Counted from the first letter of the stretch, positions 12,960 through 26,179 are shown. The stretch is DNA of 64,000 nt from Selaginella moellendorffii (GCF_000143415.4 NW_003314314.1:250263-314262); one strand, 5' to 3'. Translations and numbers: made by a program. The notes: a model not told the origin generated them from the sequence alone.

Positions 12960-13262
12960 GTTAATTGGGCATTTCGAGTGTACTTAGACTAGACGAGCAT
13001 AAGGACAGAATTTCTATGTGTTATTAGCTAAGCATATTTAGCATAGTAAGGAGTTCCCGTTTCATTATATCTTGCATTGGCTAGTGACAAGAACCCTCGT
13101 ATATTGAGACTAGTCCTTCAATATTGCTAGATGATAGCTTACCGTGTTTACTAAACACCCTCACTATCATGCACTTTGTGTTAGTCTCACTTCGGTCTTA
13201 AATGCTATTTATGGAGAGTGTCTAGATTTACTCATTTGGTATATCTATAGAATGTAGAGATT
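12960..13262. repeat. Dispersed repeat, direct copy at ~56800-57259
   Basis: CATTTCGAGTGTACTTAGACTAGACGAGCATAAGGACAGAATT resembles CATTTTGAGTGTATTTAGACTGGATAAGCATAAGGACAGAATT. Confidence 0.75.
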
Positions 13263-13334
13263 GTCTTGAACACAACGGTGTTCATCCCATGTCCAATTTC
13301 GCAATTTAAGGATATTCCATATTTAGTAAGTTTT

Positions 13335-13486
13335 AGTACTGTTCACACTCAAGGACATTTAACCCTAAATATCTCAAGACCCTTAATTGATTGAAAAAGG
13401 GGGTGCATTCTTATTCATGGGCCCTTTCCCTCTATATTTGAACCCCAACGGATTGTCTCTCAAGTCATTCCCTTTGGTTTCTTACA
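13335..13486 (-). mobile_element. Truncated Cassandra-type LTR (inverted relative to 15418-15570)
   Basis: Reverse complement of 15418-15570; ends TTCTTACA. Confidence 0.75.
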
Positions 13487-13599
13487 TTTATATTCCTAGA
13501 AGTGGCACCAAACTTCTTTACCCTATACTTACATACCACCAAAATCTTATCAAGTTTTATGGCTTGATTAATTGCCTCTAAATCAAATTTATCCTAAAC

Positions 13600-14300
13600 A
13601 TCCTTGCTTAAATGCAATGCTATTTGAGAATGCCTTTTAAAAATGGTAAAGTAAAGCCTTAGCTTGGTTCCATTATGCTGACTATTATTATAAGTAAATT
13701 GCACTAATGAAATATATAAATTCCATTATCCTTGTCTTTAGTTAATGCTATAGTATAGTATATCCTCTACCAAGCCTTCACAAAGCTCTTCCAAAATCCA
13801 TTAGTGAACTTTGAGTTTCAATCGCTGACAATATCCTTTAACAAATTAAAATTAGAAAAAACCTCCAAATAAACTATAGCCAAGTTTTAGGTAGTGAAAG
13901 TTTTTTGAAGAACCAATGACTGCATATACTTTATTAATTGATCCACTATAACCCATGTATTTGTGGCAAATAAGTGATGAAGTTCATAAAAATACTACAT
14001 TAATGGCTTTGAGGAATAGATAAATGTTACAAAAGCCCCTAACTTTTCCTATTTACCTGCTAATAAAGTTTGTATAACTTACAATAGTTGAGAATATCAA
14101 GCTTCAAATCCCTTCAATAAAAATTGCTGCTAATCAACTCCTATATTTTCTTCTATCTATAGCAAATACACACGACCATAACTCTTGCTTATAATGGAAA
14201 ACAACTTTTACTCATATATAGATTATTATTACTCCACAAGATTCAATGCTAAAAAGTGTATTCTATGGCATTGTAGTGTGATTTTATTAGACAATGGGAA
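13600..14300 (-). mobile_element. Decayed Ty3/gypsy integrase remnant
   Basis: LLKDIVSD*NSKFTNGFWKSF resembles the IVSDRDPRFTSHFW integrase motif. Confidence 0.65.
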
Positions 14301-14470
14301 GGATAACAACTTTGTTTTAGTAAAGTTTATTAAAGAGTATAGTGTAGAGTTTTTCCATACATAGTAGAAGGTGTAACTACTTCTACATAATATTTTAATA
14401 CTTGTGTTATAGGGCTATAAGTGTTCTTTGGCAAAACCATATTCTTAAATACTTTTTATTTTTTGGATAT

Positions 14471-15612
14471 TGTAGCGCATGTGGTTTTGACCCTTTATCC
14501 TATGATGATTTACCATAGGATAACGCCACGAAGAGGAACATAAACCCTCTTTATGCCACGTGACACATGCCACGTATCCAAGGACAGTGGTGTGAAACCC
14601 AAGTTTCAAGGCCTTGGGCCATTGAATGAAGGTACAGAGCCAAACTCCTAAGCATGGAGCTAAGGAGCGGCAGAATAGGACCACAGAGCAATTCCTAAGC
14701 ATATAGCCTAAGGAGCGAAGGGATAGTAGCACAGAGTGACATGGAATAGTCCTAGAGCTTTCAATATCCTAATGCAAGTACCAACATGCAAAACGAAGCC
14801 AAATGGAGTCTAGTGCTATTTCGACATATCAGTGGCCTAATGCAAGGATATGAATACTCCACTAGCTAGCATGGTGTGGAACTTGAGCTTAAACCCAAAC
14901 TGGACACAAAACAAGGGAAAACATGCAAACATAAGCTAGCTATACCTCACGTTAGTTGGCCATGCCCGACCTATCCATTTGAAACCCCCCATATCCCCCC
15001 CACCCCCCCCATTGTTTGTTGAGGAACAGACACTTTGGGCTTTCACCCCAAGCCTCCCTTAGTACCAAGAGTTAGTCTCTGGGACAAGCTTGGGTTGGGT
15101 GACCTCCCGGAAAGTCTAAACTCACAAGCTTACATTTGGTATATTAGAGAGTCCAACTTAGGTCCAACTCTGTTAGTTGGCTAAGGGAATCACACCACAT
15201 ATTGATTGACATTTGGCTGGTCTAGTTTACTCTTGCTGGGCTCGACCGAGGGGTAGGGTGTCAAGAACCACATATTGATTGACATTTGGCTGGTCTAGTT
15301 TACTCCCGCTAGGCTCGACTTGAGGGGAAGGGTGTCAAGAAAGCGGGGCTCTCGGGAAAGTTGCGGCTCTCAGCTTCCGTTCACGAGGGCGTGAACTTGC
15401 AGGAAAGTATGATGGATTGTAAGCAACTAAAGGGAATGATTTGAGAGACAATCTGTTGGGATTCAAATATAGAGGGAAAGGGCTCATGAATAAAAATGCA
15501 CCCCTTTTTCCAATCGGTTAAGGGTCTTGGGATATTTGGGGTTAAACATCTCTAGGTGTGAATAGTACTAGGCTGGATGACTTCCCGGGAAGTCCAAACT
15601 CAAGAGCTTATA
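14471..15612 (+). mobile_element. Cassandra-like TRIM with a chimeric long 5' LTR
   Basis: TGTAGCG at 14471; LTR ends CAAGCTTACA at 15134; degenerate PBS TGGTAT at ~15137; internal tandem duplication ~15195-15340; purine-rich tract; 3' LTR 15418-15612 containing TAGTACTAGGCTGGATGACTTCCCGGGAAGTCC (5S-like). Confidence 0.7.
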
Positions 15613-15699
15613 ATAAAGTGGAAGATTTTATTTTTATGCAAGTGATCTTTTTGTCAAGTCACCAATAGAACATTTTAGTGCTTTTGTGGAGTGATAAAC

Positions 15700-16500
15700 T
15701 TTCTCATAGATATACTAGTTTATATGAAATGTCAAGGTATATAGGTAAGATGGCTTATCAATTGCAATTGCCAGCTAAGGTGAAAATTCATTTGGCATTT
15801 TATGTCAACCAATTGAAAGGTGAATTGTTTTAAAGTGAAGAGTTTGATATATACAATTGTGGATGCTAGACTAGGAGCTTCTATAGTGTTCTTCAAAAAA
15901 AGTGATTACCTATAGAACTCATTATTGGGATAAAGACTTTATTTGGTGGGAGGAAGAATTGGTAGGCACAAACTTTAACCATATTTAAGTTGATCTTAAT
16001 AAATTTATGGCTGTTTCAAAGTTTTTTACTTTGAAGTGTGTGAACAATATACATTACTTCCTTGGCAAGGTGTAATATCTTTGTCATTTTGTTAGTCATC
16101 TTTCTAATGGTATTACACCATTGCAAATATTATTGAAGTTGTCAACATCATCTTTCATCTTCTCTGAAGACTATGAAAAAGCATTTATGAATCTCAAATA
16201 ATTATTAACATATGCATGGATGCTTTTAATATTATGTTGATGCAAGAGCATAAGTGTATTTAGTTAGTGTTATCCTATATCATATGTACATTGCAATTAG
16301 TAGAGGTGAACTATTCCATGACAAAAGAATATTTAGCAGTAATTTAGAGTTTCAAGAAGTTTCATTCATACTTGCATGGTTTTTGAACATTGCTAGAAGG
16401 TGATCATTATTGAAGCAGAAGAATTTAGTTGGTCGTATTTTAAAGCTTAAGATATATGATTTCAAGGATTAGGTAAAAAGTTTTATGACTAATACTAACA
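15700..16500 (+). mobile_element. Scrambled gypsy pol remnants (integrase C-terminal module, RNase H)
   Basis: YIGKMAYQLQLPAKVKIHLAFYVNQLK and NYSMTKEYLAVI*SFKKFHSYLHG. Confidence 0.65.
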
Positions 16501-17174
16501 CCTTTCCTCAAGTTTCTCTCTTTTATTCGGTCTTTTCTCATGTTCATAACAAGTTTGTTATTTCAGCATCAGTGATTTTTTAGATAAGAATTCCATAATG
16601 TTAGCAGTTGCTATATTTGATATTTAATTTCTATAAAATATAGTCTTTTGATGAAGTTTGTGAGGCTCAAAATGTTAAACCATGATTTTGATTAATGACT
16701 TGCTATTTCAACATTCAGATGCCTTAAAAATGATTTTCTTTGCTTTATAAAAATTGATCATGATGATCATTTGCAATTGATAACTGTATGATAGACTTTA
16801 TATGCCCTTTTTGGTTGAAAGAGAGATTGACTCGTCTACAGTACTCTTGCTCCATCCATATTCGTTTAATCTAAGTTTTAGGACTAACCTTTAGACACAT
16901 TAATGTAATTCAATTAATCTGTAATAATCCCCTTGTAAGCTAATATTATTTGACCTGGTGATTCATTTTCACAGCACTACAAGGATTGAGAGAAAAGCAT
17001 TGAATTTGTGTTCTTTCCTATGTACAAGCCGGTTTCGGGTCGGTCACTGAGGGGAAAATTGTGGAGTTTCGCTGTACCTGTCTTACACCTTTTGTTGTTC
17101 TCTAATGTACAGACGAGCGAGCGAGCGAGCCAGAGATAATAGAGTCATACCTCGAAGAGCTTCCCAGCGCTTGA

Positions 17175-20100
17175 TCACAGCGACAGAGCAAAGTTGACGT
17201 CCTCAGCTCCCAATCCTCCCGCGTCCTCCACTTTGATCCACGAACTTCCAGTCTTCCTGTACTGCGGGACCGCCAGCGAGAGCGTGAGTGGGCTTTGATC
17301 CTCACCTCCTCCAGGCAACGGAGCTCCGGCCTTCTTCTCCCGCTGCCTCGTCTCCAGCTTGTCGAAGAGCGAGAGAGGCTCCACCGAGGGAGCCAGCTCC
17401 AAGTCGAGTGCTCCCGCTCCTCCTCCCTGGCTCTCCCTCCATGGATCCAGCTCCCTGAGACCCGACGCCTGGCTGGCTGGAAAGAGCTCCTGCGTTTTAT
17501 CCACCTCCGAGCCCAGGAGAAAGTTGTGGTACAGCGGTGACTCGCTGCCTTTGGCCTTAGAAGCTTTGGAGCTCTGAGCTTCGCTGGAATCCAGAGAGTC
17601 CGTGCTTGACTTCGAGCGATGTTTTCTTCGTCCTGGAGATCTCGACCGGGACCTGTAGCGTCTTCTAGCTGGAGAACTGGACCTGGAGCGTGATCGGGAG
17701 CGAGCGAGCCTACCGGACCTGCTTCTTTTGAGTCCTTCTCTTCTATCCCTCTCCCTCTCTCTGTCTCTATCCCGCCAGTCTCTTTCTCGATCTCTATCCC
17801 GTTCTCTGTCTCGATCTCGTTCCCGTCCCCGGTCTACGTCCCTGTAGCCTTTGTCCCGGTCTATGTCCCTGTAACCCTTGTCTCTCCGATCCCTCGCATC
17901 ACGCTCTCTATCTCGGTCTCTAGGACGATCGTGACGATCGGTCTCCTTATCACGATCCCGCTCGCGATCTTTTTTATCCTTATCCCATCGAGATTGGCCG
18001 CGTTTCTCTTTCTTGGAACTGGGAAGCTCCTCCAACGGTCTTGGTGAGCCACTCTAAATGACAATGATTAATAAAAGTGCAGCATTAAACGAGAAACAAG
18101 CACCTTTTCCGAGCGTTGCGCCTCTATTCGGTTCTCTTTTGCTTGAGCAGCTGGTTCCTGCAATGGCAGCTTCGGAGGTCTTGAGGACAAGTGTAAGGAG
18201 ATACAAACCTTCTCAATGTCTAAGCCTGACGATGCAACAGTTTCAAATCCTGGAGGCAGTTCATCCATCGGTCGCTTGATCGACGGTTGACTGGAAATCT
18301 CAGATTTCTGAGGCTTCGCATTTTTATTGTTTGGTTCCTCAATCACTGGATTACTCTTCGTCATTGTCGTTGGGGCGGCTTGCAGGGTGACAGCTTTTCT
18401 ACCTTGAAAGACCCCCCAGAGGTACATTTTATTCCGCCAAACTGAAAGTAAACGTGAAACTATTAGACCTCTCGTAACAAAACAAAGCGGACCAAACTTA
18501 CGATTAAAGGCTTCTGCAAGCCGAAGTGAAGGAATTATCAGCAGTTCTGCACCTTCCACAAAACTTTTCAAAACAAGATCTGATTTCACCATACGGTCCA
18601 AAAGTTGGTTGTATTGCGTTGGATAACTGGCAAATTTTCAGTTGTTAATGAATGACAAATTAAAAAAAACCCGACAAACCTTCCGTTGTCCACAGGAAAA
18701 AAATATAACGCGATATCCTGATCATTGGGGGGGTTGGTCAGGAACTTCTTCGGCCACGCAGAAGCTCGCTCGACTTCGTGAAGTTTTAACGGAGACGATA
18801 ATAATTTCGACGCTTCCAAAACCTTGGGTGCTGCTTTGTCTGATGGATGAGCTTGTATACCGTCGTATGACGAAACACTCCCTTTGGCGGAAACCTCAAA
18901 GCTTCCGCTGTAAAATCGAACCATCAATGATAATAGACCAGAACTTAAGAGGCATACCTCCACAAGACATTGGCTGTAGGCACAGCTGGTGAGGCTTCTG
19001 GTCGAATAGAAGGTGACGGTAGAATCTTAGTTCCCGTGGGCGTTGAGATGGAAGGGACTTCAGGAGTGGATTGCATGATCTGTCCCAAGATCGCCTTAAC
19101 GTTGGCTTTCTCTAAACTTGGAGTAGTCTGTTTTGATGCACTGCCGATTCTCGCATTTGTATCATCGATACTCGGAGAAGGATCCTTTGACAAAGCTTTC
19201 ACGGTGCAAGATTGAGCTGAATGACCGATTTCCTTGCATTTATAGCATCGTGATGTGTTGTCACTTGACCATGGATCCGATACGGCGTTTTCAGCTAAAG
19301 GAGCTGGTTTCGCAATCTCTGCAGAAACTATCAAGTCAAAACAATGGTATAACGTTAACAATCTTATTACCTTCTTTAAATTTCGACTCTCCGGCATTGT
19401 TGGGGACGGTAGGCACGACGGTAGGCCTCGGTGTGTCAGGCCGAGCTGCGAAAGATTCAATAAAATAAATGAGATGAACACGGTTAAATATTCTCCTAGC
19501 AATTACCATCTTTCACACTGGGATGCACGGCCGCAGGTCTCGGTGTGTCAGGCCGAGCTGCAAAAGATTCAATAAAACAAATGAGATGAACACGGTTACA
19601 TATTCTCCTAGCAATTACCATCTTTCACACTGGGATGCACGACCGCAGGTCTCGGTGTGTCAGGCCGAGCTGCAAAGACAGAATAAAACAAATGAGATGG
19701 GCACTGTTACATGGTCTCCGGGCAATTACCATCTTTCACACTGGGAGGCACGACCGCAAGTCTCGGAGTGTCAGGCGGAGCTGGAAAGACAGAATAAAAC
19801 AAATCAGATGAGCACTGGTGCATAGTCTCCGAGAAATTACCATCTTTCACACTGAGATGCAAGACCGCAGGCCTCGGCGCGTCAGGCAGAGCTGCAAAGA
19901 CAAAATAAAACAAATGAGATGAGCACTGTTATAGTCTCCGAGCAATTACCATCTTTCACAATGGGATGCACGGCCGCAGGTCTCGGAGTGTCAGGCCAGG
20001 CTGAAAATCAAGTTAGTAACTTCGTCACATGTATATTGCTAGAAATTACCATCTTTTGCAGTGGAAACTCCGACTGTAGGTCTTGGTGTGTCAGGCCTGG

Positions 20101-21408
20101 CTGTAAATTCAAAAATTTTAGAACTGTTATTGACTTCGAAGCTCCCACTTACTTACCATCTTTTGGTTTTAGAATTTTGGAGTCTCCATTTTTGTTTGCA
20201 TCTGTCGCGGCTCTTGATGTATCCAGCCAAGACTTATTTTCTGCACGTTGCAAAACTCATTAAAGAGAAAATACACAAGTCAATCAAGAATACCTTCTTT
20301 AGATTTCACTAACTCCGCAACTGGTTTTGGTGATGTTTTTTCTCGTTGTTGAGCTATGAGTTGAGTTGGCCGTTCGCTAGCTTTTGGTCCCCTTTCAGAT
20401 GGTGCTTTGCTGGTTCGCAAAAACGGAAGAGGAGGCTTCGCAATAGCTGGCATGGGCGATTTCCCTTTTAAAACGCCGAGTTTTCCCGGCTTGCGAGGTG
20501 GGAGAGGCTTAGCTTTTCCCACAGTTGGACTTTTGATGGCCTTTTCACTGTCGGCATCGCCCGACTTCAGTTTTGAAGGCGTCAGCGCGTCAACTTGTGG
20601 CAGCTTTGATGAGGCACCTTGGGCAAGGTTGGGCTTTACACCATTCTCGCGACTTTTACACTTGCAAGATTCGCATAGCCACTCTCCCACGGGCATCTCT
20701 ACAAGGGGTGTCTCCATACAGTATCTGAAAACACGACAACCCCATTATAAGCCATCAAAAACCAGGTGCCAGCTTACGTATGCTCCGCGCCTTCGCTGCA
20801 ACTAGTGCACACGGCGAGCCTGTCCTCATATCCGGCATCCCCGCATATGTCACAAACTTTAACCTGCAAAAACCCAATAAGAACACCAGAAATAAGGAAG
20901 AAAAGAAAAGACAACTCACATCCTCCACATCCGTTGCTTCGCTAGCTTTCTTAGTCGAAAGCTCTTCAGAGTTTTTTGCGTCGTCCACTGGTTCCCCTTC
21001 GTCCTTGGTAGCAGGAACATCCTCGTTTCCAGCCACAGTAGTAAGAACTTTCCTCCTTTTTCTCTTGGGAGAGCCAGGAGAAGCGATGGTCGATTCGTTC
21101 TCCTTCATAGTGCCCAAGGCCTGATCCTCCGCATCGCTTACCACTGGAGGAAATGCTCTGGAGTCCCAGGGGACATGGCTGCTTCCAGCCGATCCATCCC
21201 CTCCAAGTTCCTCCAATGGCTCCTCCCTGTTGGTCTCGTCGGGATTTCTCTTGTAGTTATCGTCTAAAAGTCTTCTTCGTTTAGATGGTTTTGAGCTCGT
21301 CAAGTTGGTCCCGGAAATCCTTTTGCTGACCTCACTTTGCGAGACAAACACCTCTGGCGGCTCCAGCTTTGAGTCGCTATTCTCATCGGCTCGTGAGTTG
21401 TCGATCAT
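17175..21408 (-). CDS. AIPP2/PAIPP2-like chromatin protein: PHD finger, CCHC zinc knuckle, SPOC-like domain, RD/RS-rich tail (multi-exon)
   Basis: Spliced PHD VKVCDICGDAGYEDRLAVCTSCSEGAEH|YCME..GEWLCESC; CYKCKEIGHSAQSC; GIQAHPS..SAWPKKF..DIALYFFP; C-terminal LxLxL motifs. Confidence 0.85.
19371..20100 (-). repeat. Tandem exon-plus-intron repeat (~110-bp unit): six 51-nt exons and one 75-nt exon
   Basis: Exons at 20050-20100, 19950-20000, 19841-19891, 19730-19780, 19619-19669, 19507-19557 and 19371-19445, each bounded by CAG and GTAA on the minus strand. Confidence 0.9.
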
Positions 21409-21913
21409 ATGAATGAAAAAACGATTTTCTTCCGAAATATCCCCTTACCCTGCAGCAAAACAACGTAAATCATCCGGAAAGATCTCAAACGCTCAACGCA
21501 TCGATCGATCGATGCATCCAGAGGAGAAACACCAATTCCTCCATCGACTGACCTGATTCTCAGCTCCTCGCCCTTGCCCGCCGCTGGCGGCAGCTACTGG
21601 CGCCGCGCACCCGTCCACATTCGCGAATTCGGCGATGCCCTAGCGCTCCCTCTCTTGCTGCGCCGCTGCCTGTCCAATCGTTTCCGCCAGTTTTCGGCGC
21701 AGCGCGCGAGGATCTGGCGCAACGCGGCCGTGGATGGATTGATCGCGCGCTCCTCTCTCCGCCTCTTCGTCAAGCGCCTTAGGGATCGTCGACGACACAA
21801 ATGCACTGAAACCCTCTATTTATTAAAAGGGTTTAGCCCTAGCCTGGTATATTCCTCGAGGCTCATTGTAGCATATTCCGTCAGTCAGTCCTACCAAAAA
21901 ACCAAAACGTTTC

Positions 21914-23738
21914 TCACGAGAATTGCCTGATATTCGAGACAACAGATGATACCATCGTCCAAACTGCAAGGAAAAAAAATAAAAGAAGAGAAGTTTAGCT
22001 TCTTTTGTTCTTCGTTTTTTTCTTTTTTTTTTTTTGAGCTTACTATACACTCCAGCGGCGAGCCATTCGTTTGTGATCTTCACCCACACGCTCGCCCAAC
22101 CAACGTCGATGCTCCATCTGCGAAAGAGTTTTTAGTTTGGAGAGATTCACGACGTAACTTACTTGAGCATTGTTTGATGAAGGTTCCAGCCGACGAAGAG
22201 CATGGCGAAGTACATCGATCCCACTGCAAAGACGAAGTGGAAGAACCCGTAGCTGTATGGAACTCGCTTGATCTCTTGGTTTTCGGGATCGGGGGTCGGG
22301 TTTGCTGGCTGTTATTACAAAAACAAGTGAAAGAAGTCCGTGATTGAACTTTCTTACCACAAAGGGATTGGAGTCGGCTCCTGTAGAAAATGTGGCGAAA
22401 ACAATGGCGACGAGACCCATGAAGAAGCTCTGGGGGAGTAAAAGAGTGTGGTTTAGTCAGCGGAGAATAGCTTTAAACGTTTTTCTCATTACCAGCACAG
22501 TTAGAAGGTCCGCTTTCCCGGTTTGTCTCGGCCTTGTGTTGCACACTTCGGATCGCGGCTCGCTAAGTTTGCACTAAGTTAGTTCTCTATCTCCTTTAAT
22601 TTCTTGTTACCTCATAATGGCCGACCAGCACAGAAAAACAATGTATAGAGATATAAGGCCAGAAGTCATGAGCCCAGCGCTAACCTGCATACAAAATCAC
22701 GTAACTTGCGAAGTTAGTTTTTCCTACTTTTCACTTAACCGAAAACTTACTTTCGGGTGAAGAGAGATGAGCGTCATTGCTAGCAGCAAGACTAAAGTCC
22801 AGGAAATGAAGAAGATGTTGAGGCTGCACGATGGCTTGGGCGCAAACCAAACGTACATAATCACCAATCCAATAAGGCAGAAAACGTACGAAAGTGTAGT
22901 CACTATCAGCATTGGAAGAAAACTGGGAAAACGTAGACAAAGATGTCAAGTAACAATCAGCTTTCCGTGAAAGAAAACCATGACTTTACCAGCGCCGAGA
23001 ATTTTCGGGAGCAAGCCACTTTTCGTTCCACCAGTAAGCGAAATTCACTATGCTGAAAAGTTGTATGACGAGAAAAACTCTACACGCAGACAAAAACTTG
23101 ATCAGATCACGAGGTACTTCTCGTTTGGAACACATGAGAAAGAGGCTTACCCAGCACCGAATCTCGCAATTTCGCCTGGAAAAAAAGAAACCTCTGTCAC
23201 TCAAGGACGTGCATGATTCACGAAGCTTACCATATACTTTGATGATGGCTGGTGGAACGAAGAAAGGCAATATCATCAGCAAAATCCACAAGAGAAATTT
23301 CAAGGGCCACCACCCACAGTGCCACCCATCTCTCAGACCTCCAATTCTCGAAGTTCCTACTGTTGTGACGAACATGATCGCAAAAAACACCTGGTTGCAA
23401 AGAAACTTTTAAGGAACAAAGTAAGTTTTCAGCTATGGATAATTCAAGGATACGAAGCAGCCAAAACTTAGGCGAAGAACACCTTCCGAGGCCAAGCAAG
23501 TGTGGACTCCATAGCAGCCTTGAAAATCTGCCAGGAGAAAAGATGAGAAGCTCCTCATCGATCGATCAAAAGATCTTAAAAAAAGACTTTACTTACGCCG
23601 CAGTGTCCTGAATGCCTCTCTACTGTAGTCCCGGACGACCCACGCGATCAGATTTGTGAAAAGGAAGATGATCGCATAGATATATCGCGTGGGCATTTGG
23701 TTCGCTCCAGCGCACGAGCAGCAAAAACACCATGCCAT
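21914..23738 (-). CDS. Serine incorporator (SERINC/TMS membrane protein), multi-exon
   Basis: RYIYAIIFLFTNLIAWVVRDY; RDGWHCGWWPLKF; CSLNIFFISWT; WVKITNEWLAAGVY. Confidence 0.9.
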
Positions 23739-24177
23739 TGTTCTTGGAAGTGGAAAATAGCGAACAGGACCAAAAAAAATTCCCCTACAAACAATGAAAA
23801 ATCCTTCCCGAAGATCAAAGGCATGCCATGCAGCAGCTCACCAATTCGAGAATGTGGAGCTCCGCGCCGAATTCTCACCTCGCTCGATCGATTGTCACTC
23901 GCCCCGAAATATTCTCGAGCGCAATGGCCGATCGATCGCGCCGCGGCGGTAGCAATGCAGCGCCATCGCCTGATCGATCGATATCGAAACGCGCCGCCAA
24001 GCCTGCGCGAGCGCCTCCTCGCCCCGCCACGCCAAACAAGAAAGAAGCTAGACGACCAAGTAGTCCGTCCCATTAACGTTTTCCATCCAGCAAATAAACG
24101 ATTCCCTGGTAGTAGGGAGGTATATTCCTCGTTATGGGTTTTGGCGCGAAGTTTGAATTTCTCATTCTCTAGGGTTT

Positions 24178-25445
24178 ATGGCGGCGGCGTGGTGCTCCAC
24201 GCCGTGCGCCATGGGGATCGACGAGGCCGGGCGCGGCCCAGTTCTAGGTTTGTGCCAATCTTTCCTACTAGCGCTATGAATCGATCGAAATGCCGGCGAT
24301 CGTTTGGTTCTCTTCGACAGGGCCGATGGTCTATGGATGTGCTTACTGCGCTGTGGCGTACAAGGAGGAGCTAGCGAGCTTGAAATTCGCAGGTATGAGG
24401 TCTGGATTCTAGTTTCTCGCGCGATGGAGGTTGAGATTTTTCGTTTTTGGGTTTGCTTGGTGGTCAGATTCCAAGATATTGACAGAGGGAAAACGAGAAA
24501 GGCTTTTCGAGAGCTTGAAGGAGGACCCATCGATGGGTTGGGCCGTGGACGTCATTGATCCGCGGGACCTATCAGCTCAAATGCTACGCAGGCAACGCGC
24601 TCTCATACGACTTTCTTGAATTTCTTTTTTAATTTTTTTCCTTTGGTTGCTCCAGAGTAAAACGAAGCCTGAACGACATATCCTATGACTCAGCCATTGG
24701 TCTCATCAAGCTTGTTCTTTCCAGAGGCGTGCTACTTTCCGAGGTCATCCTTTCTTTCCCGAAAAAATCATACACTAACTTGCGAGATGCTTGAAAAAGG
24801 TCTATGTCGACACGGTTGGAGATGCCGAAAAATATCAAGCGAGGCTTTCCGAGCTTTTCCCGCACATAAAGTTCACAGTGGCTAAGAAGGCCGACAGCTT
24901 GTTTCCAATCGTGAGTGCCGCTAGCATCGCTGCGAAGGTACATACAAATCTAGTAGCTGTGTCCAATGTTTTTCTAAGTTTTTTTGTTTGCTTGAAGGTG
25001 ACAAGAGACCAAGCGCTGAAGTCATGGGTGATGGATGAGGCCGGCTGCGCGATATCAAGAAACTTTGGTTCCGGCTATCCAGGAGGTACTAGTTTTCTTG
25101 ACTGAGCGATATAAATACTTTTTGATTTTTTCCAGATCCTGAGACGAAGGCTTGGCTGGAGCAGCATATGGATGATGTATTTGGATTTCCATCGCTCGTG
25201 AGATTTAGCTGGGCCACCTGCAAGCCTCTCATCGCGGAAGGCGGTGTCCATGTTTACTGGTAAGAAACAAGCAGCCAAGCTATTTCCGAATTCTAAATTC
25301 TCGTTTGACATCTAGGGAGGCTGACGAAGACGATGACACCGCACTTGTGAAAAAGTCTCGATCTGCGCAAACGGAGTCGAGTGGAGCCCTGAGGCATTCC
25401 TTTTTCAGGTCAAGGCAGCTACAGCAAGTTACTACACGTCTTTAA
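24178..25445 (+). CDS. RNASEH2A: Ribonuclease H2 catalytic subunit A, multi-exon
   Basis: [17 protein letters not shown]; VYVDTVG; [21 protein letters not shown]; FGSGYPGDPETK. Confidence 0.95.
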
Positions 25446-26179
25446 GAGCGAGCGAGGTACGCGTTTTTCTCCAAGCTTTCAAAAGAAAGTTACTGTCACT
25501 CTGATACTGCAGGCCACCTACAGCAGCAGTAGTCACGTAAAACTTGCAAAGGAGTTTGAAAACTTGGCTTCCAAGTGTACCAACATCACTTCCAAGCCAA
25601 GGAAGAGAGCTCCAGAAAAAAAAAGTAAGACAGGCTCTCTCTTTCGATCTAATTCTTCTTGGTGGCTCTCTTCATTCTCGACGAAATCACTGCTCGCAGG
25701 ATCTTCACGTACCTCCTCAGCCTCTTTCGAAGCGCAAACCGGGTGCTGCTCTTGCCTCTCTGGTTTTCCTCCTTGCGAACAAAGCGGTAGCTCTTCAAGT
25801 ACGATCCCCTGGAGACAAATCCCTGCGACTCCCAAGAGAACTCATCGCTATCCTCTTCGTCCTCTCGATCACTACTGCCGCGACTGCCATTGCCGCGATC
25901 ACAGCTACTGGAACTGGAACTCATTCCCGAAAGAACACCGGAGCGATGCTTGGCTCCACGAATGCCATAGCAGATTGGGGTCATCATCTCCACAGCTTCG
26001 AAAAGAAATAAAACCCCCGGCAAGAAAAATAAAACGCCTCCCTGTTCTTGCTTCCAAGCTCGAAACTTTTTTAAATGGTACGAATATTCCACCTGTGACC
26101 GGTCCAGAGCTCGAGTCTTGTCTCCAAAACTTTCCTGCCGCCATGAAGCGACCGTTGGTTGGTTCTTTTCTTTCGCGCT

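Noticed and set aside
15540-15600. Functional 5S rRNA gene
   Set aside because: Only a partial, mutated internal segment embedded in an LTR.
19400-20100. CRISPR-like regularly spaced repeats
   Set aside because: The whole unit, including the apparent spacers, is repeated and bounded by splice sites inside a eukaryotic gene; no cas genes are present.
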